NCBI RefSeq assembly: GCF_030028105.1
Contig: NC_092394.1
Location: forward strand, 16,283,939-16,347,938
DNA: 64,000 nt
Direction of reading: 5' to 3'
Source of the DNA: Mobula birostris
Lineage: Eukaryota
In this document: positions 1-10,879 of the stretch, piece by piece
Layout: the number at the start of each line of letters is the position of its first letter
Numbering within the stretch: position 1 is the stretch's first letter
Notes under the pieces: generated by a model
Told to the model about the DNA's origin: nothing
Database searches by the model: none
Seen by the model: only the letters and a program-made list of their open reading frames with translations
Made by a program: the position numbers and the translations under genes

Positions 1-297
1 TGGGCGATGCTGGGAGTGTGTGGACCTCATACAGAAACGATGATTTATTGTATACGCACACACCCCTCCACGTTACAGTTTACACCTTAAGCCTTGTCAA
101 AGCCTGTGCAGTTGTATGAGTATTCGTTGTGCTTTATGTTTTGCCAAGCAGCTTGGGTTGTTTGCCAAGTACAAAGTGTGATGTAAAAAAAATGTGACCG
201 TTGCTTCTCATGATGTGAGACCTTTTACCATGAAGTAATTCCAGGATGTCCATTGTAATGATTTATTGTAGTTTTTGTTCTCATTCTTGTATGCATG

Positions 298-298
<1 letters not shown>

Positions 299-365
<67 letters not shown>

Positions 366-382
366 CACACACGCGCACACAC
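299..382. repeat. (CA)n microsatellite
   Basis: About 29 uninterrupted CA units at 301-358 plus imperfect flanks; explains the spurious ORFs 208..417 and 275..508. Confidence 0.97.
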
Positions 383-732
383 GACAAAAGATGTTTTGGG
401 GAGAGAGGTTTAACCATCCTGCTAATGTGTAATGGGGGGAAGAAAAAGGATACTGAAGACTTGAACTTTAAACTCTGGGCCAGGCTGGTGTGGCGTGTGC
501 ATAGCTAAGGGGTTGCTGTGTGGAAGTATAACGCAAAGGGAACTGTTGCCAAGAAGTGGCAGAGCATTACAAAGCTGCCTGATTGACCCACAGATGTAAA
601 TATTGTACAATTAATTTATTGCTCCTTTGGCAAATTAATTTTGTTGTGATGTAAAAAAACAGAAGGACCTGAAATCCTGTGTTTGTATATTCTGTTTTGC
701 TGTCGACGTCTTTTTGCATAGTGCTGCACAGT

Positions 733-738
733 AATAAA
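733..738 (+). terminator. Candidate polyadenylation signal of an off-window plus-strand gene
   Basis: AATAAA at 733-738 followed by GT-rich sequence (GCTGTCTGTGTTTGGT), TGTAAATA at 595-602, in non-repetitive AT-rich UTR-like sequence. No coding exon of this gene is in the window. Confidence 0.3.
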
Positions 739-1039
739 TGTATTTTGTGTCAAAACTATTTGAGTCGCAAGCTGTCTGTGTTTGGTAGGTTTGATGGTGG
801 GTAGCCCTGAGCCACATAAAGACCCCATTCCAGTCTGAGGTGTGTGTGTGTGTGTCTGTGATGTTGTAAACATCGCACCTGGTTCATATTCAAAATCATA
901 TTAAAGTCGGCAGTGTGGGAGCTGGAGTATTTCATTCTTATTACAGACTAGGTTACCACTGGGACGTGTTTATTTTTATTTATTAAGAGATCTGGCACAA
1001 TAACAGGTCTTTCTGGGCCAATAAGCCCACACCACCCAA

Positions 1040-1220
1040 CTACACCTGTGTGGCTAATTAACCTAGTAACCCAGTAACCCGTAGGTCTTAGAAATGTGGG
1101 AGGAATCCAGAGCACCCAGAGGAAAACCAGAGTCATGGGGAGTACAAACTCCTTACAGGCAGCGGCGGGAATTGAACCTGTGTCGCCGGCGCTGTAACAG
1201 CATTATGCTACCATGCCACG
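1040..1220 (-). mobile_element. tRNA-derived V-SINE (HE1-like)
   Basis: Minus strand: tRNA-like head with B box GGTTCAATTCC, then GCTGCCTGTAAGGAGTTTGTAC and a V-core-like TTTCCTCTGGGTGCTCTGGATTCCTCCCAC. Confidence 0.8.
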
Positions 1221-1542
1221 CTTACGGATAACAAATGCCAGGCTTTTGCCAGTTCCCAACCAAATGGATCAATGTTACAGATAACTTTTGAAATGGATAA
1301 AAGTTCCCTTTCCAAATCAACCAAAAAAACCCCAGTTTTGCTAACATTGCTCTGACATCCTCTGCCCAAAACCTTGGAGATATTTTAATCTCCCACATAC
1401 CAAGGGTCCAGGTATTGGGTTTGCTGACCACAAAGGTTCTGAACTCAAAGATCTTAAGCCATATCAGATCTAAGTAGTCACAAATACTCACACTAAATGG
1501 AGATTTTACTGTAACTTCCCAATCTTCAAAACTAGTTTACTT

Positions 1543-1911
1543 ACTGCTTCTTACACCTGTGGTGTTTAGGATAGCAATGAAGGTCCTCCAGCTCTGGGGG
1601 TGTTCATCATGTCAGTAGTTTCCTCTCGGTTTTCACTACTGTCAGTCATGCAACTCCTGGGTGGAGACTCAGGAATACTGTCGCACTCAGATGTAGAGGG
1701 ATTCTTCATTGCTGTTTCCATAACAATTTTGTTGAACCTGGAGGACCGGTCGACGACTCTTCATTTGTCCTCGACCCTTTGACCTGTTTGGTATGGGGTG
1801 ACCCTGCCAAAAGCCAAAGTGTAAAGCCCTGACTCCAGTCAACATAGTTCTCCAAGTCACTGAGGCACGCAAGCCTCTAAACAACCACGACAAGGTTGTG
1901 GTTCCTCTTGG
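1543..1911 (-). mobile_element. Non-autonomous RTE-derived element (RTE 5' UTR fused to RTE 3' end)
   Basis: Minus strand begins like a Rex3/Expander/BovB 5' end (CCTTGTCGTGG...GAGGCTTGCGTGCCTCAGTGAC...CTATGTTG) and ends like an RTE 3' end (TGGAGGACCTTCATTGCT...CAGTAAG); 9-bp direct repeat AGTTTACTT at 1534-1542 and 1912-1920; homologous to 50492-50925. Confidence 0.7.
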
Positions 1912-2199
1912 AGTTTACTTTCCCATTTTTTTCTCCACAGCGAGCTGAGCTGCCAATGCTCACTGTTTGAGTAGTGGGTCCCTCCTCCCTACCAAGGAGG
2001 AGATACTTCCAACTAGCAAAGTAGTTTACAACACAGGTCATTTATTTACACTGATATATGTTTCAATCCACATATTCTTAAAGGATATTTAAAACTCACA
2101 GAGGATTTATATCTTAAATGGTTATTTCCCAACACCAAAACATTTCTTAAAAAGGATTTACAATACACAGGTACAATTCCTATAAGCTAAAAAGGCATA

Positions 2200-4523
2200 A
2201 CATATAACCATATAACAATTACAGCACAGAAACAGGCCATCTCAGCCCTTCTAGTCCGTGCCGAACTCTTACCCTATCCTAGTCCCACTGACCTGCACGC
2301 AGCCCATAACCCTCCATTCCTTTCCTGTCCTTATATCTATCCAATTTAACTTTAAACGACAACATAGAACCTACCTCAACCACTTCTGCTGGAAGCTTAT
2401 TCCACACAGCTACACTCTCTGAGTAAAGAAGTTCCCCCTCATGTTACCTCTAAACTTTTGTCCTCTAATTCTCAACCCATGTCCTCTTGTTTGAATCTTC
2501 CCCACTCTCAATGGAAAAAGTCTAACCACGTCAACTCTATCAATCCCCCTCATAATTTTAAACACCTCTATCAAGTCCCCCCTCAACCTTCTACGCTCCA
2601 AAGGATAAAGACCTAACTTGTTCAACCTTTCTCTGTAACTTAGGAGATGAAACCCAGGCAACATTTTAGTAAACCTCCTCTGTACTCTCTCAATTTTATT
2701 GACATCTTTCCTATAATTCAGTGACCAGAACTGAACACAATACTCCAGATTTGGCCTTACCAATGCCTTATACAAATTCAACATTACATCTCAACTCCTA
2801 TACTCAATGCTCTGATTAATAAAGGCCAGCAAACCAAAAGCTTTCTTCACCACTCTATCCACATGAGTTTCCATCTTCAGGGAACTATGCACCATTATTC
2901 CTAGATCCCTCTGTTCTAAAGAATTCTTTACTGCCCTACCATTTACCATGTATGTCCTATTTTGATTAGTCCTACCAAAATGTAGCACCTCATATTTTTC
3001 AGCATTAAACTCCATCTGCCATCTTTCAGCCCACTCTTCTAACTGTCCTAAATCTCTCTGCAAGTTTTGAAAACCTACCTCATCATCCACAACACCACCT
3101 ATCTTAATATCATCTGCATACTTACTAATCCAATTTACCACCCCATCATCCAGATCATTAATATATATTACAAACAACATTGGACCCAGTACAGATCCCT
3201 GAGGCACACCGCTACACACCGTCCTCCAATCTGACACACAGTTATCCACCACTACTCTCTGGCGTCTCCCATCCAGCCACTGCTGAATCCATTTTACTAC
3301 TTCGATATTAATGCCTAACAATTGAACCTTCCTAACTAACCTTCCGTGTGGAACCTTGTCAAAGGCCTTACTGAAGTCCATATAGACAACATCCACCGCT
3401 TTACTCTCGTCAACTTTCTTAGTAACCTCATCAAAAAATTCAATAAGATTTGGCAAAAATGACCTTCCACGCACAAATCCATGTTGACTGTTCCTAATCA
3501 GACCCTGTCTATCCAGAAAATGATATATACCATCTCTAAGAATACTTTCCATCAATTTACCCACCACTGACGTCAAACTCACAGGCCGATAATTGCCAGG
3601 TTTACTCTTAGAACCTTTTTTAAACAATGGAACCACATGACCAATACGCCAATCCTCCGGCACCATTCCCGTTTCTCATGACATTTGAAATATTTCTGTC
3701 AGAGCCCCTGCTATTTCTACACTAACTTCCCTCAAAGTCCTAGGGAATATCTTATCCGGACCCAGAGACTTATCCACTTTTATATTCCCTAAAAGTGCCA
3801 GTACTTCCTCTTCTTTAATTGTCATACTTTCCATAACTACCCTACTTGTTTCCTTTACCTTACACAATTCAATATCCTTCTCCTTAGTGAATACTGAAGA
3901 AAAAAAATTGTTCAAAATCTCCCCCATCTCTTTTGGCTTCAGACATAGCTGTCCACTCTGATTCTCCAAGGGACCAATTTTACCTCTCACTATCCTTTTG
4001 CCACTAACATAACTGTAGAAACCCTTTGGATTTATTTTCACTTCACTTGCCAAAGCAGCCTCGTATCTTCTTTTAGCTTTTCTAATCTCTTTCTTAAGAT
4101 TCTTTTTACATTCTTTATATTCCTCGAGTACCTCTAACTCCAAGCTGCCTATATTTATTGAAGATCTCTCTCTTTTTCTGAACTAAGTTTCTACTATCTC
4201 TTGAAAACCACGGCTCTCTCAAACTTTTAACCTTTCCTTTCAGCCTAACAGGAACAAAGACTCTGAACCCTCAAAATTTCACCTTTAAATGTCCTCCATT
4301 TCTCTGTTACATCCTTCCCATAAGACAAATTTTCCCGATCCACTCCTTCTAAATCCTTTCGCATCTCCTCAAAGTTAGCCTTTCTCCGATCAAAAATCTC
4401 AATCCTAAGTCCAGTCCTATCCTTCTCCATAATTACACTGAAACTAATTGTATTGTAATCACTGGACCCGAAGTGCTCCCCAGCAAATACCTCCATCAGC
4501 TGCCCTGTCTCATTCCCTAACAT
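2200..4523 (-). mobile_element. CR1 LINE, 5'-truncated, disrupted ORF2 with reverse transcriptase domain
   Basis: ORFs 2410..2784, 2791..3666, 3676..4143, 4245..4538: [63 protein letters not shown]; 3' UTR and simple-repeat tail near 2200. Confidence 0.95.
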
Positions 4524-7200
4524 GATGTGGACAAGCAAGTCGTCCGTCGCAGAAATTGAAGCTAGAGAAATGGATCCTATTCACCCATTTTTCTTGATGC
4601 TTTTCACCCACTCCTAATAAGCCTGAACTGCTGTTTACCTTTTTCTATCACTGGGGTAACTTCACACACGTGATATTTCCTCAGATGCCCTTTCAACACA
4701 AGTGGTCTAAAAGCATTTTGGAAACACAGTTCTTCAGCTACCTACCCTCAATGCTGTAAAGTTAACTTCCTTGAGCACATAAAACCTCCCAACTGTAAAC
4801 ATCATAGTTATTGATATGTAAATAATATCCATCTGTTCTGCAAACTTCCTTGAACCAAGCAACTTAAGAGTCAGCTTCTCTACTTGAAACAACCCGAATT
4901 AAACAACCCATTGTCTTATACCGTATCTGGAACAGCAAGTAAAGCAGGTCTAGTGAGATAAACCTTGCTTCTCCCAAACAGCACGTCAACCACCCACAAA
5001 GCTTGTTTGCAATGCCGGTCTTTAGACAATACTTGCCTTAACCTCAAGCTGATAAATGCTTTCCATTTACATTTCAAGAACTGAAGACCAACTTCCCTTT
5101 ACAAGCAGAAGCCAAACAACTGCTAGATGTAAGTTTACATACATCTGTTTGTGATCTGACAACTGGCAGAAGCCATGTTTAGAAAGTAGGATTGGTGAAC
5201 AACCAAGAAAGAGAAAGAGGCCGACTGGCCAAGAAATTAATACCCATCACACAGGAATAAGGAAGGAACTCTCTCCCTCCGTTCACAGGTTCAATGCATA
5301 CTTAGAGACACTGAGGTTTTTGTGAAGTCACTGTTATAACGTGACAGCCTCCTACAGACACGCATTGCTGAAATGATTAAAAACTATTTGTTTTATTTTG
5401 TTGGTGCTGGGTGGGGGAGAAATGGGGGGATACTGCACCACTGGCACCTGCATTCCCCAGTGCTGTCCCAGAGTACCTGCTGAACCTGTCAAGCTTATTG
5501 TGTTCAAGCACAGTGAGGTACTAATATGATGAACAACTTCCTTCCAGTGGCACCACAGGCATGTAGGTATGGACAACAGATGGAATATGCACTCAGTGCC
5601 CACCTCCTCTACCTAATAAAGTGGCCACTGACTGCATGTTCATGGTCTTCTGCAGCTGTAGCTCATCCACTCCAAGGTTCAGTGGGTTGTGCAATCAGAG
5701 ATGCTCTTCTGCACACCACTGTTGTAACACGTGATTGTTTGAGTTACTGTTGCCTTCCTGTCAGCTTGAACGAGTCTGGCTATTCTCTGCTGACCTCTCT
5801 CATTAACAAACACAAGAAAATCTGCGGATTTTCAAAGCAATATGATGAAACATCAACTGTTCACACTTTTCCATAATGCTGCCCGGCCTGCTGAGTTCCT
5901 CCAGCATTTGTTTTTATCCACAGCACTGCTGCTCACTGGATGTTTTGTTTTTTGCACCATTCTCTGTAAACTCTAGAGACTTGATCGTGAAAATTCCAGG
6001 AGAGCAGCAGCCTTTGAAATACTCAAACCACCCCTTCTGGCACCAAGGGTAATTTCACAGTCAAAAGTCACTTAGATCACATTTCTTTCCCATCCTGATG
6101 TTTGGTCTGAACAACAACTGAACCTCTTGACCATGTCTGCATGCTTTTATGCATTGAGTTGCTGCCACATTAACAAGCAGATGCACAAGTGTACCTAACA
6201 AAGTAGCCATTGAGTGTAAATTATACAAGGTACTGAAGAGGCAGAAAAAAACTGTCAATACTCATGCTATTTTAAAAGGGAATATGGATGGTTGATTGAA
6301 AATTAAATAACACAGAGTCATTCCATTTGCTTTTTAATTGTCCATTTTAATTCCCTATGTAAACTTGAGTCTCAGTACCACTACAATCATTTCAGTGAAA
6401 ACAATACAGAACTATGGGGCTGCACATAACTCATGACACTAACAAGTTCAGTAAAACAAATTGCTAACCCAAGCCATCCATGCAAGTAGAGTGGTACAGT
6501 GATGCTAGAAAGTTTGTGAACCCTATAGATTTTTATCTATTTCTGCATAAATATGACCTAAAGTGTGATCAGATCTTCACCCAAGTCCTAAAACCAGATA
6601 AAGGGAGCCCAATTAAATTAAGTAACACAAAAACATTATAGTTGTGCATTTATTTATTGAGAAAATGATCCAATGCTACATGTATTTGTTGCTGAACCTC
6701 TGGGGTAATGCTTTCTACAAAGCTATTTGGAGTCAGGTGTACCAATCAATGAGATGAGATTGGAGGTGTGGGTTGTAGAGGAGCCCTGCCCTATAAAAAA
6801 GACACAAAGTCAGGTTGCTGACAGAGTCTGCTCTTCTCAAGAAAGACCTGTTTATGTCCACTATGCCTCAATCAAAACAACTTTCAGAGGACCTTAGAAG
6901 AATTGTAGGGATGCATGAAGCTGGAAAAGGCTACAAGAGCATTTCTAAATACCTGAGTGTTCATCACCCACAGTAAGAGAAACTGTCTACAAATGGAGGA
7001 AATTCAGTACTGTTGCTACTCTCCCGAGGAGTGGGCATCTGGCAAAGATCACACCAAGAGCACAACGTGTAATGCTGAAGGAGGTGAAAAACCACCCGAG
7101 GCTAACAGCAAAAGATCTGCAGAAATCTCTAGAACTTGTTAAAGTCTCTATTCATGTGTTCACTATAAGAAAAACACTGAACAAGAATAGTAAAACGCAA

Positions 7201-7496
7201 ACACGAGGAAATCTGCAGATGCTGGAATTTCAAGCAACACACATAAAAGTTGCTGGTGAATGCAGCAGGCCAGGCAGCATCTCTAGGAAGAGGTAGGTAC
7301 AGTCAATGTTTCAGGCCGAGACCCTTCGTCAGGACTAACTGAAAGAAGAACTCTTCTTTCAGTTAGTCCTGACAAAGGGTCACAGCCCGAAACATTGACT
7401 GTACCTCTTCCTAGAGATGCTGCCTGGCCTGCTGCGTTCACCAGCAACTTTTATGTGTGTTGCTTGAAATTCCAGCATCTGCAGATTTCCTCATGT
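7201..7496. mobile_element. Palindromic Penelope-like pseudo-LTR derivative (two opposed copies)
   Basis: Arms 7201-7349 and 7352-7496 are near-perfect reverse complements (2-nt loop; 4-nt GGTA duplication in the left arm); each arm matches the terminal repeat of the Penelope-like element at 57170-57530. Confidence 0.9.
7300..7336 (-). ncRNA. Minimal type I hammerhead ribozyme motif
   Basis: AGTC-CTGACGA-A-GGG(TCTCGG)CCT-GAAA-CATT-GACTG: stem I AGTC/GACT, intact core, 3-bp stem II; stem III has a CG-to-CA change. The opposite-strand copy at 7365-7401 has core CTGACAA (broken). Confidence 0.7.
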
Positions 7497-8058
7497 TAAC
7501 AGAATGGAATTCGTGTTTTGGAATGGCCGAGTGAAAGTACTGACCTTAATCCTATAAAATGTTGTGGAAGGGCCAGAAGCAAGCAATTCATGCAAGGAAG
7601 CCCACCAACATCCCAGAGCTGAAGCAGTTTTGCAAGGAAGAATGGCCTAAACTTCCTCCAAGCTGATGTGCAGGACTGATCCAACAGTTAACAGAAATGT
7701 TTGATTGAAGTTATTGCTGCATCTGTTACTGAAGGCAAAAGTTCACATACTTTTTCCAATACATGTAATGTTGGTTCATTTTTCTCCATAAATAAATAAC
7801 AGGTATAATTTTTTTTTGTGTTATTTAGTTTTAGGACTTGCGTGAAGATCTGATCACATCTATGCAGAAATAGAGAAAATTATACAGGGTTCACAAACTT
7901 TCTAGCACCACTGTATCTGACTCTCTTTATTAGATGAGCTCTCTCAATAAAATGAGCTATGCTTGTGTCACTGAGTCATGAACGGGTGCACTTAGTGTTA
8001 AAATTTGTTGCCCGTATGCATTTCCAACATCTACATAACAGCAGTTACATGGCCAAGC

Positions 8059-8074
8059 CCGCCCCCTAGTGGTG
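8059..8074 (-). promoter_or_regulatory. CTCF-like motif
   Basis: Minus strand CACCACTAGGGGGCGG matches the CCASYAGRKGGCRS core, in non-repetitive sequence. Confidence 0.5.
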
Positions 8075-8319
8075 GCTTGCTGTTCTCCAAATGGATGCTT
8101 GACAGGACTGCACATTAAGTACTACTGCCAACTAGAAGGAAGGCGATTGGCTAATCCTCCTGTCACTCAATGCTAGTGACCATTCTGCTGACACTGAGAC
8201 TGATTTAATAACCATAACAGTTAAATTTTTCACCACACTTACTGGGAGAAGTTTTAGTTCCTGCTTATTCTGCTCCTTATTTCTGCTCTAGGAGTAAATT
8301 GACTCTTTTGTTAATAAGG

Positions 8320-8780
8320 CCATAAGACACAGGAGCAAAATTAGGCCATTTTGGCCCATCGAGTCTGTTCTGCCATCCGATCATGGTTCATTTATTATCC
8401 CTCTCAACCTTCTCCCCATAACCTTTAAGAATCAAGAATCTATCTCCCATTACCATACTAATCAAGAATCCATCAACCTCCACTTAAAATATACCCAATG
8501 ACTAGGCCTCCACAGCTGTATGTGGCAATGAATTACACAGATTAATATGCTCTGGGTAAAGAACTTTCTCTTCATCTTTGCTCTAAAGGGATTTCCTTGT
8601 AATCTGAGACCGTGCCCTTTGGTCCCAGACTGCCTCACTATAGGAAACATCTAGACCTTTCAATCTACAATAGGTTTCAATGAGATTTACCCCCACCCCT
8701 ACCCCCCATTATTCTAAACCTCAACGAGTACAGGTCTAGGCTATCTAATAATCCTCACCCTTCTCACCCTTTCATTCCCG
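8320..8780 (-). mobile_element. CR1 LINE 3' fragment
   Basis: ORF 8462..8650 (GTKGHGLRLQGNPFRAKMKRKFFTQ), typical CR1 ORF2 C-terminus and 3' UTR. Confidence 0.8.
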
Positions 8781-9184
8781 GAATAATTATTATAAACCTT
8801 CTCCAAATAATCTAAATAATGAAATCAGCTAATAATCATAAACACCTGACTGTCCAGCCTGCTCAGCGGATGGCGCAGCATAACCAATAAATATTTTAAT
8901 ACACCGGCCAACCCTGAGTGGCCAGGGTTCTCAAACTCAAAGCAAAAGGAATCAGATCATAACAAGCTTGGAGGGGGCAATAGTCCTTATCCATCTGCTA
9001 ATGACACAAGTTGTGTGGTAAATAGTGGCCAGAACACTCAAAAAAAAGGGGAAAAAAACATGCAGATGCTGCAAACCTGAAATAAAAACAGAAAATATTG
9101 GTAATATTCAGCTGGTCAGTCAGTATCTGTGGAGAGTAACAAAGTCCATTGATCCACAATGTACCAATATTAAAGCCCTAGCGA

Positions 9185-9470
9185 TGACCAATTGGGGTTC
9201 ACTTCCCACCACTGTCAGATTTTGTAGGTTTCCTTTGGGTGCTCCAGTTCCCTCCCACATTCCAAAGACGTATGGTTAGGGTTAGAGTATTGTGGGCATG
9301 CTGTGTTGGCAACAGAAACATGGCCACACTTGCAGGTTGCCTAGCACAACCCCAGAAGTCACAGAGTCAAATCCTCACTCGATTTGACACAAACAACGCT
9401 TTGCACTATAAGTTTTGATATATGTGACAAATAAAGTTAAGCATTTTTTAAATCTAATCTCCAGCAGTAA
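9185..9470 (+). mobile_element. V-SINE (HE1-like)
   Basis: GGGGTTCACTTCCCACCACTGTC...GGTTTCCTTTGGGTGCTCCAGTTCCCTCCCACATTCCAAAGAC core, ending in ATAAAG...AATCTAATCT. Confidence 0.75.
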
Positions 9471-9639
9471 TTATATTGATCAATAGAGGAGCAGGCTGGA
9501 GGGAAGTGGTGTCCCACCCCCGAACCTGTCTTGTTATGTACTGTGTTTCTCTCCATACATCCTCCCTGACCTGCTGATTATTTGCAGGACTTTGTTTTGC
9601 TGTAGGCACCGCCAGTTATAGCCTAACTCCTCTTCAAAA

Positions 9640-9830
9640 CAATACCGATCTATATGCCAGGCAAGGCCTCAGTTTAAAGTTCAGGATGGAAGACAGTTCC
9701 CTGACACTGCTGCACTCCACCAGCACAGCGTTGAGCTACCTCCCTGGAGTTTTGTGCTCAAGTCTCTGGACTGGAACTCACAGCCCACTGTCACGGAGGC
9801 AGGAGTCTTACTCAGTGAGCCACGGCCAAT
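9640..9830 (-). mobile_element. DeuSINE (SacSINE1/AmnSINE1-like) fragment
   Basis: Minus strand GAGTTCCAGTCCAGAGACTTGAGCACAAAACTCCAG...GGAGTGCAGCAGTGTCAGGG...TTTAAACTGAGGCC resembles the shark DeuSINE body; family assignment from memory of the consensus. Confidence 0.6.
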
Positions 9831-10099
9831 ACGTTTCCAGGAGGAAGTTCCCGATTTCCTCGTTAGTAAATCAAAGTCACGCAGCCTCAATGCCAACTGC
9901 AGATTCATTTAACCTGAGTGACCCTCGGAGAAAGCAGTGCCCCACGGGCTCAGCTTTGAGAACGGGAGGAGGATTTAAAAGGGACAGAATGGCAAAGCAA
10001 CAGGTTTCACCTCATCTTGGTCCAGGTATTAGGCAGGATGACAAGCTCCACTCACTGCAAGGAAAGCATTAGGAGTTGGTAATATAGACCTCAGCTACC

Positions 10100-10780
10100 C
10101 GCTGCAATTAATCAAGGCTGCAAGCAGTCTAATCTCTGCCACCTCCAGCACCAGGCCAAGTGCTTTCTCCCTCCCACTGGGCCCTACGGCTTTCCTTCCC
10201 CCATCACTACTCCCACCCGATCCCAGGACTCTCAGCATCCCATCTACCCCTCATTCCCCCAGTCATTCCTCTGAGACCCCATCTTCCTCCCACCCCTTTG
10301 CCTGAACGCTCAAACATTCCATTCTTCTCTGACCCCTACCAACTCTCTACCTTTGCCCGGCCCTACCTCTTATCCCTGCTGTCTTCACCATCCCCACCAT
10401 CCTTCCCCTCTCTGAGGCAGAATGTTCGGTCCTCCGCAAGCGCCTTACCTTTGTCCCCTTACGACTACCCCTCAGTGAGTTTCACACCCGCTATGACACC
10501 GAGCTCTTCTTCTATCGCCTCCATCTCCGAGCCACCTGCTTTAGCAAGAGCTCCCCCACCCTGCACCACATTCCCCTTCATCCATCTCCAACCCTCCTCC
10601 TCTTCTTGGACACCCCGTTCCGGTTTACTGCCTACTCTGGATCTTTTCATCTCTAGTTGACGATGAGACATCAACTGCTTGACCTCAACACTCCTCCCTC
10701 CTGTCTGAAGCTGACCCCCTCTGAACGCACTGCCCTCCACTCCCAACCTTAGCATCAAACCCACAGGCAGCAGCTCTCAG
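10100..10780 (+). mobile_element. Degenerate Penelope-like element fragment (region upstream of RT)
   Basis: Pyrimidine-rich sequence resembling the Penelope-like ORF upstream of the RT domain; 14210-14270 is a shorter homologous piece (CTCTGGATCTTTTCATCTCTA...AACCTTAGCA). Confidence 0.45.
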
Positions 10781-10879
10781 ACACCTCATCTTACATACCC
10801 CTTGAAATTAAGATAAATAGCTGACTGATGGTCAAGGCTCACTCGATGGACCATATGGCTCATTTCCTCCCTGTATCTC

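Larger units (their letters stand above)
6497..7913 (+). mobile_element. Tc1/mariner DNA transposon, internally deleted
   Basis: Terminal inverted repeats CAGTGATGCTAGAAAGTTTGTGAACCCT / AGGGTTCACAAACTTTCTAGCACCACTG flanked by TA (6495-6496, 7914-7915); long subterminal inverted repeats; transposase remnants MPQSKQLSEDLRR (from 6863), MLKEVKNHPRLTAKDLQKSL and VLEWPSESTDLNP. Confidence 0.93.

Noticed and set aside
208-508. ORFs with CV or HT repeats
   Set aside because: Translations of the (CA)n microsatellite.
10160-10764. 166-aa Pro/Ser-rich ORF and its antisense ORF
   Set aside because: Low-complexity reading of a pyrimidine-rich Penelope-like remnant; no splice signals or domain.
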